DNA from: a virus
Lineage: Duplodnaviria > Caudoviricetes
Length of the DNA: 64,000 nt
Direction: 5' to 3' (one strand)
IMG/VR virus record: IMGVR_UViG_3300034197_000017
Coordinates: 1 to 64,000 of that record
Positions 30,090 to 39,963 of the stretch are shown piece by piece. Each line of letters opens with the position of its first letter. The first letter of the stretch is position 1. The position numbers were made by a program, and so were the translations under genes. A model generated the notes under the pieces. It was not told where the DNA came from and did not search any database. It saw only the letters and a program-made list of their open reading frames with translations.

Positions 30090-30502
30090 TTACTATTTTT
30101 GGTAAGAGATATAAAGCAATTAGTAACTTATTTGTAACTAATATAGAGGGAGAAAATCTTGTATTTCCTTCACCTATATCTATACGTGCTATTATCGAAG
30201 ATGAACAGAAGAACCTAGCAAATGAGTTGGAACTTAAGGTCAAATCTTACGAAGACTCGATGTTAATTCTAAATGGAAATTTTAGTTTATTTTTCTACCT
30301 ATTGACTTATACTTTCCAAATAGAATGTTTTTATGTTTCCAATTTGACTAAAGATTCAACTAACCAAGAAGTTGATGGATTTAGAGGGCTATATAAATTT
30401 GTAAATACAAATGTATCTATGAATATAGGTACAGATGAGATTTACGATAATTATATTAAAGTACGAAAACCACTTATAGAATTAGAAGAGATTACAAGAT
30501 GA
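30086..30502 (+). CDS. hypothetical protein, tail region
   Basis: 138-aa ORF with ATGA overlaps at both ends. Confidence 0.65.
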   Translation: MITIFGKRYKAISNLFVTNIEGENLVFPSPISIRAIIEDEQKNLANELELKVKSYEDSMLILNGNFSLFFYLLTYTFQIECFYVSNLTKDSTNQEVDGFRGLYKFVNTNVSMNIGTDEIYDNYIKVRKPLIELEEITR

Positions 30503-30942
30503 CGTTAAAGGGAAAACCTCAATATAAAACACTTCCTGTTACTAAGGATGACGGTACTGTAGTAAATGTAACTAGAGTAGCTCTAAAAGACTTAGAAACT
30601 CTACTTGAACTCCAAGAAAAACTCCTAACTAAATATGTTGAAGCTGATGGTAGTTTTGGTCAGCTAATGTCTGATTCTGACCTAATTGCAGATTTAACAT
30701 CCATCTGTTCTCTACTGCCATTAGTGGAAAAGAGTAAAGGTGAAACTCAATATTTGAATTTTGAAGATATTCAAGATAACTGGGAGCAGCTTATTACCTT
30801 ATTCTTTAATAGTGGTCTAGATGTAGAAACTAGAGAAGCTGGTAACGTACTTCCTAGCTCAGTTAGTCAACTTCATTTTTTTCCGTACATGCAGATAATT
30901 CAAAGATTAGTACAAGAAAAAGCAGCAAGAGAAGAAAGTTAA
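30499..30942 (+). CDS. tail assembly chaperone (G-like)
   Basis: Small acidic ORF placed two ORFs before the tape measure gene; contains a T-TTT-TTT heptamer near its end. Confidence 0.65.
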   Translation: MTLKGKPQYKTLPVTKDDGTVVNVTRVALKDLETLLELQEKLLTKYVEADGSFGQLMSDSDLIADLTSICSLLPLVEKSKGETQYLNFEDIQDNWEQLITLFFNSGLDVETREAGNVLPSSVSQLHFFPYMQIIQRLVQEKAAREES

Positions 30943-31256
30943 CTGCTCTTAGATATTTCAGGATAAAAGAGCCAGAATACGAAAATACCTCTATATTATT
31001 GAATTGTTTACTTAGTAGTTATCCTGAAAATGGGTTAAAACTATATAACTCTCTAGATTACTGGCAATGTAGAGAGTTATTGGATATTTCTAGCAATGGT
31101 AGAATTAATCCAGAAGGGAAATTACAACTATTAGAAAATGAAGTATTTAATACTTTTCTAGATAAATATTCCCTCTCTAAATTTAATTGGTTGACCTTAG
31201 ATGAACCAATTAACCTATGGAATATTAAAAATAGGACAGAAGAGATAATTGGCTAA
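30867..31256 (+). CDS. tail assembly chaperone GT extension (-1 frame; ORF track 30999..31256)
   Basis: Has only a weak TTG start of its own, is open upstream into the G gene, and ends overlapping the tape measure start. Confidence 0.55.
   Translation, partial: STSFFSVHADNSKISTRKSSKRRKLTALRYFRIKEPEYENTSILLNCLLSSYPENGLKLYNSLDYWQCRELLDISSNGRINPEGKLQLLENEVFNTFLDKYSLSKFNWLTLDEPINLWNIKNRTEEIIG
30876..30882 (+). promoter_or_regulatory. putative -1 programmed ribosomal frameshift site
   Basis: caT TTT TTT ccg in the G frame; the -1 frame is open from 30867 to the stop at 31256. Confidence 0.6.
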
Positions 31257-34200
31257 TAGTTTTTTGAGTTTAGAAAAGAATTTACAGGTATTAGATAAGG
31301 CTAGCTTAGACTTATCTGGTAGCTTACGTATGTTTACCTCTGGTAGTAAAGATGCATCTAATGCTATAGGGTCATTAAATGTAAATTTAGGTAAACAGTT
31401 AAAAACTACAGAACAGAGCATTAAGAATTTCCATTTATTAGGTGTAGCTGTAGGTGGTACAGTTAAAGCCTTATTTGGGTTGACTACTGCTGTATTAACT
31501 GTTCAATCCCTGGTAGCTCTAGGTCAAGAGGGATATAAGGCGTTTAAGCAGTTCAATTCTGTCTCTAAAACCTTAACATTCTCTGAAGCTATTACAGGAA
31601 GTAGTAAATTAGCGGATAACTTATCGTTTTTAGAGAAAACAAGCGATAGTTTAGGTAATAAATTAGCTCAAGGTTTATCTGTCTTCACAGATAATGATTC
31701 TTTTAATAAATTTGCTAGTACTGCTGTTACTGCATTTAGTGATGTAGAGGAAGCTGCCTATAGATTATCTACTGTTACAGTATCAGGTAATGAGAGAAGT
31801 ATTTCTGCCCTAGGTAAAAATATAGAGGGTATGAAAAAGCTCCAAAAGGAGACTAAATATGCTCTAGATTCAGTTACCTTGCTAAATGCTCAATATGATG
31901 TAGCATCAGCAGGCTTTACATCCTCTAGTGATACTCAAAAGGTAGGTAAATCTAGTGTTAACTTAGCTCAAGCAGGTTTTGGTAATCTGGGCGGCTCTAC
32001 TAACGCTATAGTCCGGGTGTTAAGCTCATTAGGAGAGACTGCTGATAGTTCAGAGAAACGAGCTGCACAGCTCTTTGAAACAACTAAGGTAGGTCTACTT
32101 ACACTTGACCAATTATCTGCTAATATCGGCTCTCTATCCTCACAGGGTAAACAGTTAGGGGTTAGTTTTGAAGAAATAAATGCTGCCTTAGCTGTACTCA
32201 CTACTCAGGGTGTTTCAGCCGATGAAGCCAGTACTAAATTATCTAGTTTCTTAGGTGATGTAGTCAATGTATCCCCAGAAGCTGCTAGAGCCTTAGCCCA
32301 ATTTAGAGATGAGGCAGGTAAACCTATTCAGCTAAACTCAACTACCTTAAAAGAAAAAGGTATTGAGGGAATCATTAAGGACTTAAAGATAGCTACTAAT
32401 GGTGAATTAGCCAAAATTCAACAGGTTTTTGCTAACCAAGAATCACAAGAATTAGCTACTCTGTTAATTGGTGCTGGAGAAAAGAAATTCTCTGGTGCTA
32501 AAACTAGAATTAAAAATGCTGATAGTAAAGGGTTAGAGGAAGAGGCAGCAAATAGAACTAAAACCTTAAAAGGAGGATTTGCTTCTGCCTTTAACCAGTC
32601 CCAAGCTCAAGTAGAAGATTTTGGGCAATCCTTCTCAGTATCAGTACTAAAACAACTGGAAGAGTCTAATACTCTACTTGCGGCATTCGCTAGTAACTCC
32701 TCTGCTGCAATAGGGGGATTCTTAGGTACATTAAATGGGATTCAATCTAAACTTCAAGGGGTAGGTACATTTGTATCTAGCGTATTTTCTACTATCGCAC
32801 CGTTAGCCTTATTTACGGTATTAGGAAAAGGATTTTCTTTTGTTTTTAATAAACTGCAAGCTACTAAAAAAGAAGGTGAAACCCTATTCCAAGCCCTAAA
32901 ACGACAAGCTTTTGATTTTGCTCAAAGTATTGAAGATAGAATTATTAATGCAATAATCTCTATTCAAAAGAAAATAGCTGGAATCAAGTCTGAAATAGCT
33001 ACGATAGAGGCTCAGTCAGCTAATCCTACTATATCCACTACTGCTCCCATACCAGGAGTAAACTCCTTAGTTCCAAAACAAAAAGGCTCTGTAACTGGAT
33101 TTCTAAAAGATGAACTTTCTCTCCTAAGTTCTGGTGGACTTAAGAATGCCTTTACAGGAATTAAGACAGGTGCTGCAACTGCTGGTAGTGCCCTTAAATT
33201 AGCTTTTACAGGGGCTAGTGAAGTCATTGGTGCTACCGTATCACAATTTGCAGCTTTAGCTACTGGTGGGGCATTAATCGGTGGTATGTTTGCCGTTATT
33301 GGTGGAGCTGCCGATACATTAGGTAAGTTACTAAACAGAAGTACTATTCCAGAAATAGTTACTCTTAAAGATACACTTAGTTCTATAGAAGGTGTACCAG
33401 GATTAAAAGAATCTTTACGAGAGTTTGATGAATTTACCGATTCTGTAAATAGAGGTAATTTTGCTCTATCTGTTTATGGTGAATCCTTAGATAGACTTAA
33501 GGGCTTATTCAATAAAGTTACAGGTAAGACTCTAGTAAACGATAATATCCAGCAAGAAATAACAGATAGACAAAATATACTTGCTAGTTCGGTATCTAAA
33601 AGTCTAGCTGCTGGAAAGAATGGTAGATTAGTCGGAAATACTGTAGAAGAAAAGACAGTAAATAAAAAACTAGATTTAGGTTTACAGTTAAATCCAGATG
33701 ACCTTAAAACAGTTACAGATTCTCTTGATAATCAGATTAAAGCTAATAAAACATTAGTTACCTTACAAGAGCAAAAACTATCTGCTGAAAAAGCTAATGG
33801 TGGTGGAAATCCTGAAGTTATAGAGAATTTACAAAAAGAACTCAAACTACTAAAGGAAAAAACAGAGTCTGAATCTGCTGCATTAGAAAAACAAAAGCAA
33901 TTCCTACTTTATTCCAGCAAAATCAAGGAATTCAGTAATATTAAGACTGATATTCCGATTAACATCCAAATTTCATCTAACTCATTCATTGCTATTGAGA
34001 GTCAAATAGATTCTGTATCTAGAGATTTCAATGAAGCCTTTAGTGGAAAAGATATTGACCCTCAAGCATTAGCAACTAAGTTAGATAGTATTATTCCAAG
34101 AATTAGTCAGTCTCTGGATGCCATTCAAACACAAATAGAGATTGACCCTAGCTCTGCTACTAAGCTTAGAGAACAGTTAGAAAATAAGCTTGGGGTAAAC

Positions 34201-37026
34201 CTGACTAAATATCTGGCTACAGACCCTGCTTTACGTAAAAAATATAACGAAACATTACAGCTAGAGACTACTGGTAGAGTAAATAAGGCCGAATCTAGGG
34301 AAACCGGAAGAGTTACAGCATTTTCTACCGCTCAACAACAGGGGTTAGATAATGCAGTTCTATCAGCAGTTAAATTTAGGGCTGAAACCGAGTCCATTAA
34401 TGCTCAAGTAACCGCATTAACGGATGAATTGAGTAAACCTACAGTTCCACTACAGAGACAATTGGAACTACAGGGTCAAATTGAGCAACTAGAAGCTAAA
34501 AGAGTCGCATTAGCTACAGAAAATCAAATTAAACAGGAATTATCGGCTAAAAAGGATATTCAAAATATCGATACAGCCTTACTTTCCATAGAACAGGCTA
34601 AAATTGCCCTATATAGCCAACAAAATAAATTTGACCTATTTTCTATCTCGTTAGCTAGAGCTAAATATGCTGAATCTACAAAACAGTTACAAATCAGTAA
34701 ACAGCAAACTGAATTAACGAATAGAGAGAATTTAATTAAAAAAGAACAGGCTGTTAAGGGATTAGAAGGCAAACTAGGTAGGGATTCAGGAGCATTAAGT
34801 AAATTAGGTGCATTAACTCCATCTTCTACTATTAAACCAACTGCTACTCCTATAGGTACATCATCTCCTACAGTAGACATTCAAAAAACTTTAAGTGTAT
34901 TAGAAACTAATAGGAAAAATCAGTTAGCTGGAACCGCAACTGCTAAATATAGCGATGATGAACAAAATAAAATCAGTAATGTTGTAAATAATATTACCGA
35001 TGAATTCGTGTCTGGGTTTGCGGGTAAAACCAAAAGGTTATTAGGTGTCAATACTGGAGAAACTAAAGGCAAACTATTTAATTCTGATGGTGAGCTAGCT
35101 ATCAGTGTAGATAGACTTCAGAAAATATTAGATAGTGGAATTACTAGTACAAATGGAGGCAGTAAGTTATCTACGCTTAATCGGGTAGATGCTGTAGAAG
35201 CAAAATCTTTAGTTAAGTTTAAGCCTGTAGAACAGGATACAGCTAGAAAAGAGATTAATAGTACTACTGCATCTGCTATTAAATCTGCTGTTGATAGTGC
35301 AACAACTAAAGCGGTTGATTCTACTAACTTAGAAAAAGATAAGAAGTCCAGAGAGTCTGCTGCTAGAAAAGATAGTGGTCAGAGTAAGACTGCTTTAGAT
35401 TCAGCTAAAAAAGAACTCCTTTTTGCTCAAGTATTAGCGGATGTATCCAGTAGATTTTCTAACCTGTCTGCTACTATTCAGAGAAATATACAGGGAGTTG
35501 AACTAGAATTCTCTGTAAGAGAGAAATTTGCTAAGAAAAATGAAGCTTTAGGTTCAGCTCTAGAGGGTATTGGTAGTACCTTAAGCTCCATTAGTAGTAT
35601 TCCATTCCTATCTACTATTGGAAGTCAATTATCTACTATTGGAGTAGAGCGTAGTGGTGGTGTAGATAGAGCTACGTTAGATAGAGATAAGGCATTAAGA
35701 AGTATAGATGTAACGGTTCAAACTGCCCAATCTTTAGTAGATGATACTACTAAGGCTTTATCTCTAGCTAAGGCCAATGGTGCAAGTAAGCCAGTTATTG
35801 ATAGACTACAACAAACCAGAGATAGTGCAGTTTCCAATCTAGATACCTTAAAGCAGGAATCTGTTATTGATAGAGCTAGGGTAAATGAGGAAACTAATCT
35901 TTCAATTATCAATGAAAGGTTAAAAGTATTTGCCGCTAAAGTTGGAAATGTAAATGAAGCCTTTAATGCCCTAAAGGAAAAAGTATCTAAACAGGCTGAA
36001 TTGTTTAGTAGTATATTAGACCTAAATCAAAGACAAAAGGATAATGCTGCTGAAAATAATAAGGCTATAGGTACGTTACAGACCAATATTCTAGGATTTA
36101 TAGGTAAAAATAATCCTGCTGCATCTGCTTTATCTCAAAGAATTCAGGTCAGACAGATTGGTGATGAAACTAAGCAGCAAAAAGCCCAAACAGTAACTGA
36201 AGCTAAGAAGGAAGTATTAGATTTAACAGTTCAAAAGAATCAGCTAGAGTTAGATAGCAGAATGTTTGATAACGCTCTAACTCAAACTCAAATCTTAGCT
36301 GATATTCTCAATGTCTCTCAGGGTGGTGAGGCTACTAATAGTAACACCTCTGAAGCCTTAGCTAGAATCCAGCAAATCCCTGATGCTATTAGAGCTAACC
36401 AACAATTTTCTAACGCTCAAAAAGGACTCATTGACCAAAAATTAGCCTTCATTCCTAAAGAATTGAATGGTAAACTGGCAAGACTTGAGTTAGATGCTTC
36501 CGGTAAGCAATTAAACGCTCTTGGAGGCTCTATAAACCCCTCTAACGTAGATTTGGTAGCTAAGAGTATATCGCGTGCTAGAGAGGCAGGAAAGGGGCTT
36601 AGAAGAGAGGATTACTCTATAGGAAGTCTTCAAGATGGTAATTTTACATCCATGTTGCAGACGATAAATTCTGTTTCAAATGGAGGTAAGATAAATACCA
36701 ATGTTGGGCAATATCTAGAGACTCCAAAGAGTAATACATTGAATAGAGAATTACTCAGAACAAGTAGGGACTTACAGAATAATAATAGACAGGATACTAT
36801 AGCCTTACAACGTAATTTAACGAATAATGCAGTTTCAAGTAGGTCTAGTAGTTCCCCATCTTCTATAAACTCTAACTTATACTTTAATTTCCAAATTACC
36901 AGTCAGGAAGCTAGTAGTAGAGGAGCTGACTGGGAGAAACAAATGAGGAGTATTGTTACTAGTGCTGTAAGTGATGGAAATAGAGCTTTATCTAACCAAG
37001 TATTACAATATGCAAAAAGCTTTTAA
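31249..37026 (+). CDS. tail tape measure protein
   Basis: 1925 aa, Ala/Ser/Gln-rich helical; TP901-type core YDVASAGF...FETTKVGLLTLDQLSANIG...VSFEEINAALAVLTTQG. Confidence 0.95.
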   Translation: MANSFLSLEKNLQVLDKASLDLSGSLRMFTSGSKDASNAIGSLNVNLGKQLKTTEQSIKNFHLLGVAVGGTVKALFGLTTAVLTVQSLVALGQEGYKAFKQFNSVSKTLTFSEAITGSSKLADNLSFLEKTSDSLGNKLAQGLSVFTDNDSFNKFASTAVTAFSDVEEAAYRLSTVTVSGNERSISALGKNIEGMKKLQKETKYALDSVTLLNAQYDVASAGFTSSSDTQKVGKSSVNLAQAGFGNLGGSTNAIVRVLSSLGETADSSEKRAAQLFETTKVGLLTLDQLSANIGSLSSQGKQLGVSFEEINAALAVLTTQGVSADEASTKLSSFLGDVVNVSPEAARALAQFRDEAGKPIQLNSTTLKEKGIEGIIKDLKIATNGELAKIQQVFANQESQELATLLIGAGEKKFSGAKTRIKNADSKGLEEEAANRTKTLKGGFASAFNQSQAQVEDFGQSFSVSVLKQLEESNTLLAAFASNSSAAIGGFLGTLNGIQSKLQGVGTFVSSVFSTIAPLALFTVLGKGFSFVFNKLQATKKEGETLFQALKRQAFDFAQSIEDRIINAIISIQKKIAGIKSEIATIEAQSANPTISTTAPIPGVNSLVPKQKGSVTGFLKDELSLLSSGGLKNAFTGIKTGAATAGSALKLAFTGASEVIGATVSQFAALATGGALIGGMFAVIGGAADTLGKLLNRSTIPEIVTLKDTLSSIEGVPGLKESLREFDEFTDSVNRGNFALSVYGESLDRLKGLFNKVTGKTLVNDNIQQEITDRQNILASSVSKSLAAGKNGRLVGNTVEEKTVNKKLDLGLQLNPDDLKTVTDSLDNQIKANKTLVTLQEQKLSAEKANGGGNPEVIENLQKELKLLKEKTESESAALEKQKQFLLYSSKIKEFSNIKTDIPINIQISSNSFIAIESQIDSVSRDFNEAFSGKDIDPQALATKLDSIIPRISQSLDAIQTQIEIDPSSATKLREQLENKLGVNLTKYLATDPALRKKYNETLQLETTGRVNKAESRETGRVTAFSTAQQQGLDNAVLSAVKFRAETESINAQVTALTDELSKPTVPLQRQLELQGQIEQLEAKRVALATENQIKQELSAKKDIQNIDTALLSIEQAKIALYSQQNKFDLFSISLARAKYAESTKQLQISKQQTELTNRENLIKKEQAVKGLEGKLGRDSGALSKLGALTPSSTIKPTATPIGTSSPTVDIQKTLSVLETNRKNQLAGTATAKYSDDEQNKISNVVNNITDEFVSGFAGKTKRLLGVNTGETKGKLFNSDGELAISVDRLQKILDSGITSTNGGSKLSTLNRVDAVEAKSLVKFKPVEQDTARKEINSTTASAIKSAVDSATTKAVDSTNLEKDKKSRESAARKDSGQSKTALDSAKKELLFAQVLADVSSRFSNLSATIQRNIQGVELEFSVREKFAKKNEALGSALEGIGSTLSSISSIPFLSTIGSQLSTIGVERSGGVDRATLDRDKALRSIDVTVQTAQSLVDDTTKALSLAKANGASKPVIDRLQQTRDSAVSNLDTLKQESVIDRARVNEETNLSIINERLKVFAAKVGNVNEAFNALKEKVSKQAELFSSILDLNQRQKDNAAENNKAIGTLQTNILGFIGKNNPAASALSQRIQVRQIGDETKQQKAQTVTEAKKEVLDLTVQKNQLELDSRMFDNALTQTQILADILNVSQGGEATNSNTSEALARIQQIPDAIRANQQFSNAQKGLIDQKLAFIPKELNGKLARLELDASGKQLNALGGSINPSNVDLVAKSISRAREAGKGLRREDYSIGSLQDGNFTSMLQTINSVSNGGKINTNVGQYLETPKSNTLNRELLRTSRDLQNNNRQDTIALQRNLTNNAVSSRSSSSPSSINSNLYFNFQITSQEASSRGADWEKQMRSIVTSAVSDGNRALSNQVLQYAKSF

Positions 37027-37060
37027 TACCCGTTAGAAAATAGTAAAATAGTATATATTA

Positions 37061-37834
37061 TTGGATAAAAATATGAATATAATAGTAAAATTTTTAGTAA
37101 ATAGTTCATTAAAGCAAGGTACAGGTCAAAAGAGTTCACTTTCACCTGATAATTATTTCGATGTAGCTAAGGAGGGGGAAATAGTAGCTACTGAAGTGCT
37201 GATTGCTGAAAATAATCATTATAAGATTAAAGTCAGTCCTACCATTAATTCAAAAACTACTTGGTATGTATTTCAAGACCATGTGAGATTATTGGATATG
37301 AATGGAAAGGTATTCGACGTAGATAAATACGATATTCCTAACTTAGATACCACTTCTCCCCAGTCTGGAGTAACTACAGTTCCAGATATAGCTCCTACAG
37401 TTAGTAATGATACTGTTTTTATCCTTGGAGTAGGTCAAGTTAGTTTATCTAGCCCTATAACGTCAAAGGGCAATTTTACATGGTCTGAAGCTACTCATGG
37501 GGGAACTAGATTACCTCAATATAAGGAGCATACCGATAATATTATTAAGGTAGCTACGTTACTTCAACCCTATAGAACCAGATTAAATAGAGAATTTAAT
37601 ATTACTAGCTGGTACAGACCAGAGCCGTTTAATAGTGCTGCTGGTGGTGCTACTAATAGTACTCACTTATATGGTCAAGCCGTAGATTTCTGGGTAGATG
37701 GGTTTACTAGGGAGCAGCTATACGATTATTTTGACCCTACTTGGACTGGTGGGTTAGGTCTATATCCAAATCTACAAATAATCCACGTAGATTGTAGGTC
37801 TTATGTGGCTAGATGGTTCGGTATGGGTACATGA
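37061..37834 (+). CDS. peptidase M15A (Zn D-Ala-D-Ala peptidase / endolysin-like) with N-terminal putative cell-wall binding domain
   Basis: ITSWYRP..N...GGATNSTHLYGQAVD and IHVD zinc-ligand motifs; the N-terminal LKQ...SSL...HYKI...TWYVFQDHV domain is of a type I associate with cyanobacterial wall hydrolases. Confidence 0.85.
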   Translation: MDKNMNIIVKFLVNSSLKQGTGQKSSLSPDNYFDVAKEGEIVATEVLIAENNHYKIKVSPTINSKTTWYVFQDHVRLLDMNGKVFDVDKYDIPNLDTTSPQSGVTTVPDIAPTVSNDTVFILGVGQVSLSSPITSKGNFTWSEATHGGTRLPQYKEHTDNIIKVATLLQPYRTRLNREFNITSWYRPEPFNSAAGGATNSTHLYGQAVDFWVDGFTREQLYDYFDPTWTGGLGLYPNLQIIHVDCRSYVARWFGMGT

Positions 37835-38348
37835 TTTACTATATAAATTAATTAATATTATGGCTTTTCTAACAAAAATATTAAAACCCTTAGCCCAGAT
37901 AGATGTTAAGGCTAAGGTAAAGGGGATAGTAGCTAAGCAGATATCTAAATATATGACTGAGCTTAAAGACCCTGCTACTTACCGTAGAGGAGGTGTTTTA
38001 GGTGTACTTCATAGAGTTAATCCAGAACAAAATGATAGGGTTAATAGAGCTATCCTAGACTTAGATGATTTAGCAAATAATGGAACAAATATTATCTCTA
38101 GAAGAGAATTTCTAGATAAGGCAGGTAATAGATTATTTCAAAGGCAGAAACCATTCATGAATACGATGGAACACACCCCATTTGAGAAGTTGAATGATGC
38201 TTTGGATAAAACTAAAAAAGTATTAAATGACCCAGTTACAGGGGAGTTAAATGAAATAATCGATGTAACTAAAACTACTAAACCTAATGCACCTCAAAAG
38301 AAAACCTCTAACTTATCTAGAGGTTTTATGTATTTCACTGAAATATAA
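37803..38348 (+). CDS. hypothetical protein (start probably 37860)
   Basis: Basic ORF; the in-frame MAFLTK start avoids the overlap with the upstream gene. Confidence 0.65.
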   Translation: MWLDGSVWVHDLLYKLINIMAFLTKILKPLAQIDVKAKVKGIVAKQISKYMTELKDPATYRRGGVLGVLHRVNPEQNDRVNRAILDLDDLANNGTNIISRREFLDKAGNRLFQRQKPFMNTMEHTPFEKLNDALDKTKKVLNDPVTGELNEIIDVTKTTKPNAPQKKTSNLSRGFMYFTEI

Positions 38349-38364
38349 ATTAATACTTGGTGAT

Positions 38365-39408
38365 TTAAGGTTTAAGCTGTCTAATTACTTCTTTCAGTGC
38401 TGTCTGAAGAATCTCATCTCTCAGGTAGAAACTATCCTGATAAATGGTCTTAGACTCACCCATAGATGCAATAGCTTTCAGTCTATCTAATAGAGTGAGT
38501 TTGGGGTAATTAGAGGGCAAAGCTTCACCAGGAAAGCAAACATCTGGTCTATAGCGGTAATAGACTAGATATTCATGGTAACTAGCTTCTATCTCATTGG
38601 AATGGAAGTCAAGGTTTAGCTTTGCTTCCTCTAAAGTCATTGGAGGTCTAACCTGACATGGATATCCATCTCTATTGGTTAAAACTGTTTCTCCAATTAA
38701 ATACTCTACTAATAAAGCTACAGTTTCTTCCCCTATTTCTCGTTGACTTTTATTTTCAGCCAATTTATCTCTGAATATAGGCATAAGGATAGTACCGAAC
38801 ATTGCATGAACATTCAAAGGTTTATCCTTAAATAATCTATCAGTCAGAGTAGAGGTATCGAAATAGTTAGGTTGTCCTTTAACTACATCAGCAAGATAGT
38901 GACTTAAACAATCATGGTAATTACACATAGCACTCTCTAAGTTAAGAATTTCATAGATTGTGCTATTATGCATATCCTTATTTTGTTCCCAATAAGGTGT
39001 TAAGAAATAGTGAGATGCTCCTCTAGCATATAAGGCATTCAGAATACCGAATTTAATACTTTCCTGTATCTCTTTCTTATTCTCTGAGATGTAAGAATTT
39101 ATAAACTCTTGGTTTTGTACAATATACGGCTCTAGTTTTTCTAACGCCTCTACTGCATCTACAGAAGTGAATAGCAACCCTTTATTAAATATAGCCGTAC
39201 CAATAATTAACTGATATAGAAAATCATTGATAAAACTCTTCTTATCCTTACCTTTATTGATATACCCTGTGGCAAGTCTCAATACTTCTCTTTTGAATAT
39301 AGTAGCCTCTTCATAGAATCTACTCTTATCAAAATGCCGTCCAGAGTAAGGCATTAACTCTGTCCAATATCGATTATTTATTAAAAAAAGTTCCTGAGCT
39401 TGAGTCAT
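38365..39408 (-). CDS. hypothetical protein
   Basis: 347-aa helical ORF whose start overlaps the nblA end. Confidence 0.75.
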   Translation of the reverse strand: MTQAQELFLINNRYWTELMPYSGRHFDKSRFYEEATIFKREVLRLATGYINKGKDKKSFINDFLYQLIIGTAIFNKGLLFTSVDAVEALEKLEPYIVQNQEFINSYISENKKEIQESIKFGILNALYARGASHYFLTPYWEQNKDMHNSTIYEILNLESAMCNYHDCLSHYLADVVKGQPNYFDTSTLTDRLFKDKPLNVHAMFGTILMPIFRDKLAENKSQREIGEETVALLVEYLIGETVLTNRDGYPCQVRPPMTLEEAKLNLDFHSNEIEASYHEYLVYYRYRPDVCFPGEALPSNYPKLTLLDRLKAIASMGESKTIYQDSFYLRDEILQTALKEVIRQLKP

Positions 39409-39604
39409 AATGTAATAATTTTTTAGTCAATTCTTTGCAAATGTTTTCTTTTAAACAGTAAGCATCGAATAAATCCATCAACATCTTATCTTTTTCTTCA
39501 GGAGGAATCCTATCTAGTGATAGCTCAAGATTTCTTCTATTTAGCTTTTGATTTGTAGTCAATTGGAAGGATTCAGGAGAGAAATCTAACGCTGGAGGAA
39601 TCAT
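39374..39604 (-). CDS. nblA: phycobilisome degradation protein NblA
   Basis: PESFQLTTNQKLNRRNLELSLDRIPPEEKDKMLMDLFDAYCLKENICKELTKK matches the NblA pattern as I recall it (PESFxLxxxQ...S/PxEE...LxxL...KxN...L.K). Confidence 0.8.
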   Translation of the reverse strand: MIPPALDFSPESFQLTTNQKLNRRNLELSLDRIPPEEKDKMLMDLFDAYCLKENICKELTKKLLHYDSSSGTFFNK

Positions 39605-39655
39605 TATTTTAATCTAAAATATTAGACGTGAAATTAACTGAAACTTAAACTTAAA

Positions 39656-39904
39656 TCAAAAGTCTATACTATTTCTATTATACTGGTCATCTTGCCCCCC
39701 TTCTGGGTTTAGGCATGGGCTAATTGGCGTAACTTTTCCAGTAGATATAGCGTATTTACAAATCTTGGTATATACAGCATCTGGGGGAGCTACCCTACTA
39801 TCAGGACTAGCGTTAGACCAATAAAATATTCCATCTGTGCGCTTAATCTTACAGAACTTACAGTAAACCGTTGTTTCATTTGTGGGGGTATTAGGTTCAG
39901 GCAT
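39656..39904 (-). CDS. small Cys-rich protein of a cyanobacteria/cyanophage type
   Basis: CxxC...YWS...IC...CLNP..G pattern; first gene behind the promoter at 39932-39960. Confidence 0.6.
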   Translation of the reverse strand: MPEPNTPTNETTVYCKFCKIKRTDGIFYWSNASPDSRVAPPDAVYTKICKYAISTGKVTPISPCLNPEGGQDDQYNRNSIDF

Positions 39905-39931
39905 TGATTACATTAACTACAGTATTGCCAT

Positions 39932-39960
39932 AGTATAAATAATCTTAATTAAGATGTCAA
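39932..39960 (-). promoter_or_regulatory. sigma70-type promoter for the nblA operon
   Basis: TTGACA (39960-39955), 17 nt, TATACT (39937-39932); the spacer overlaps the palindrome ATCTTAATTAAGAT. Confidence 0.8.
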
Positions 39961-39963
39961 GGA

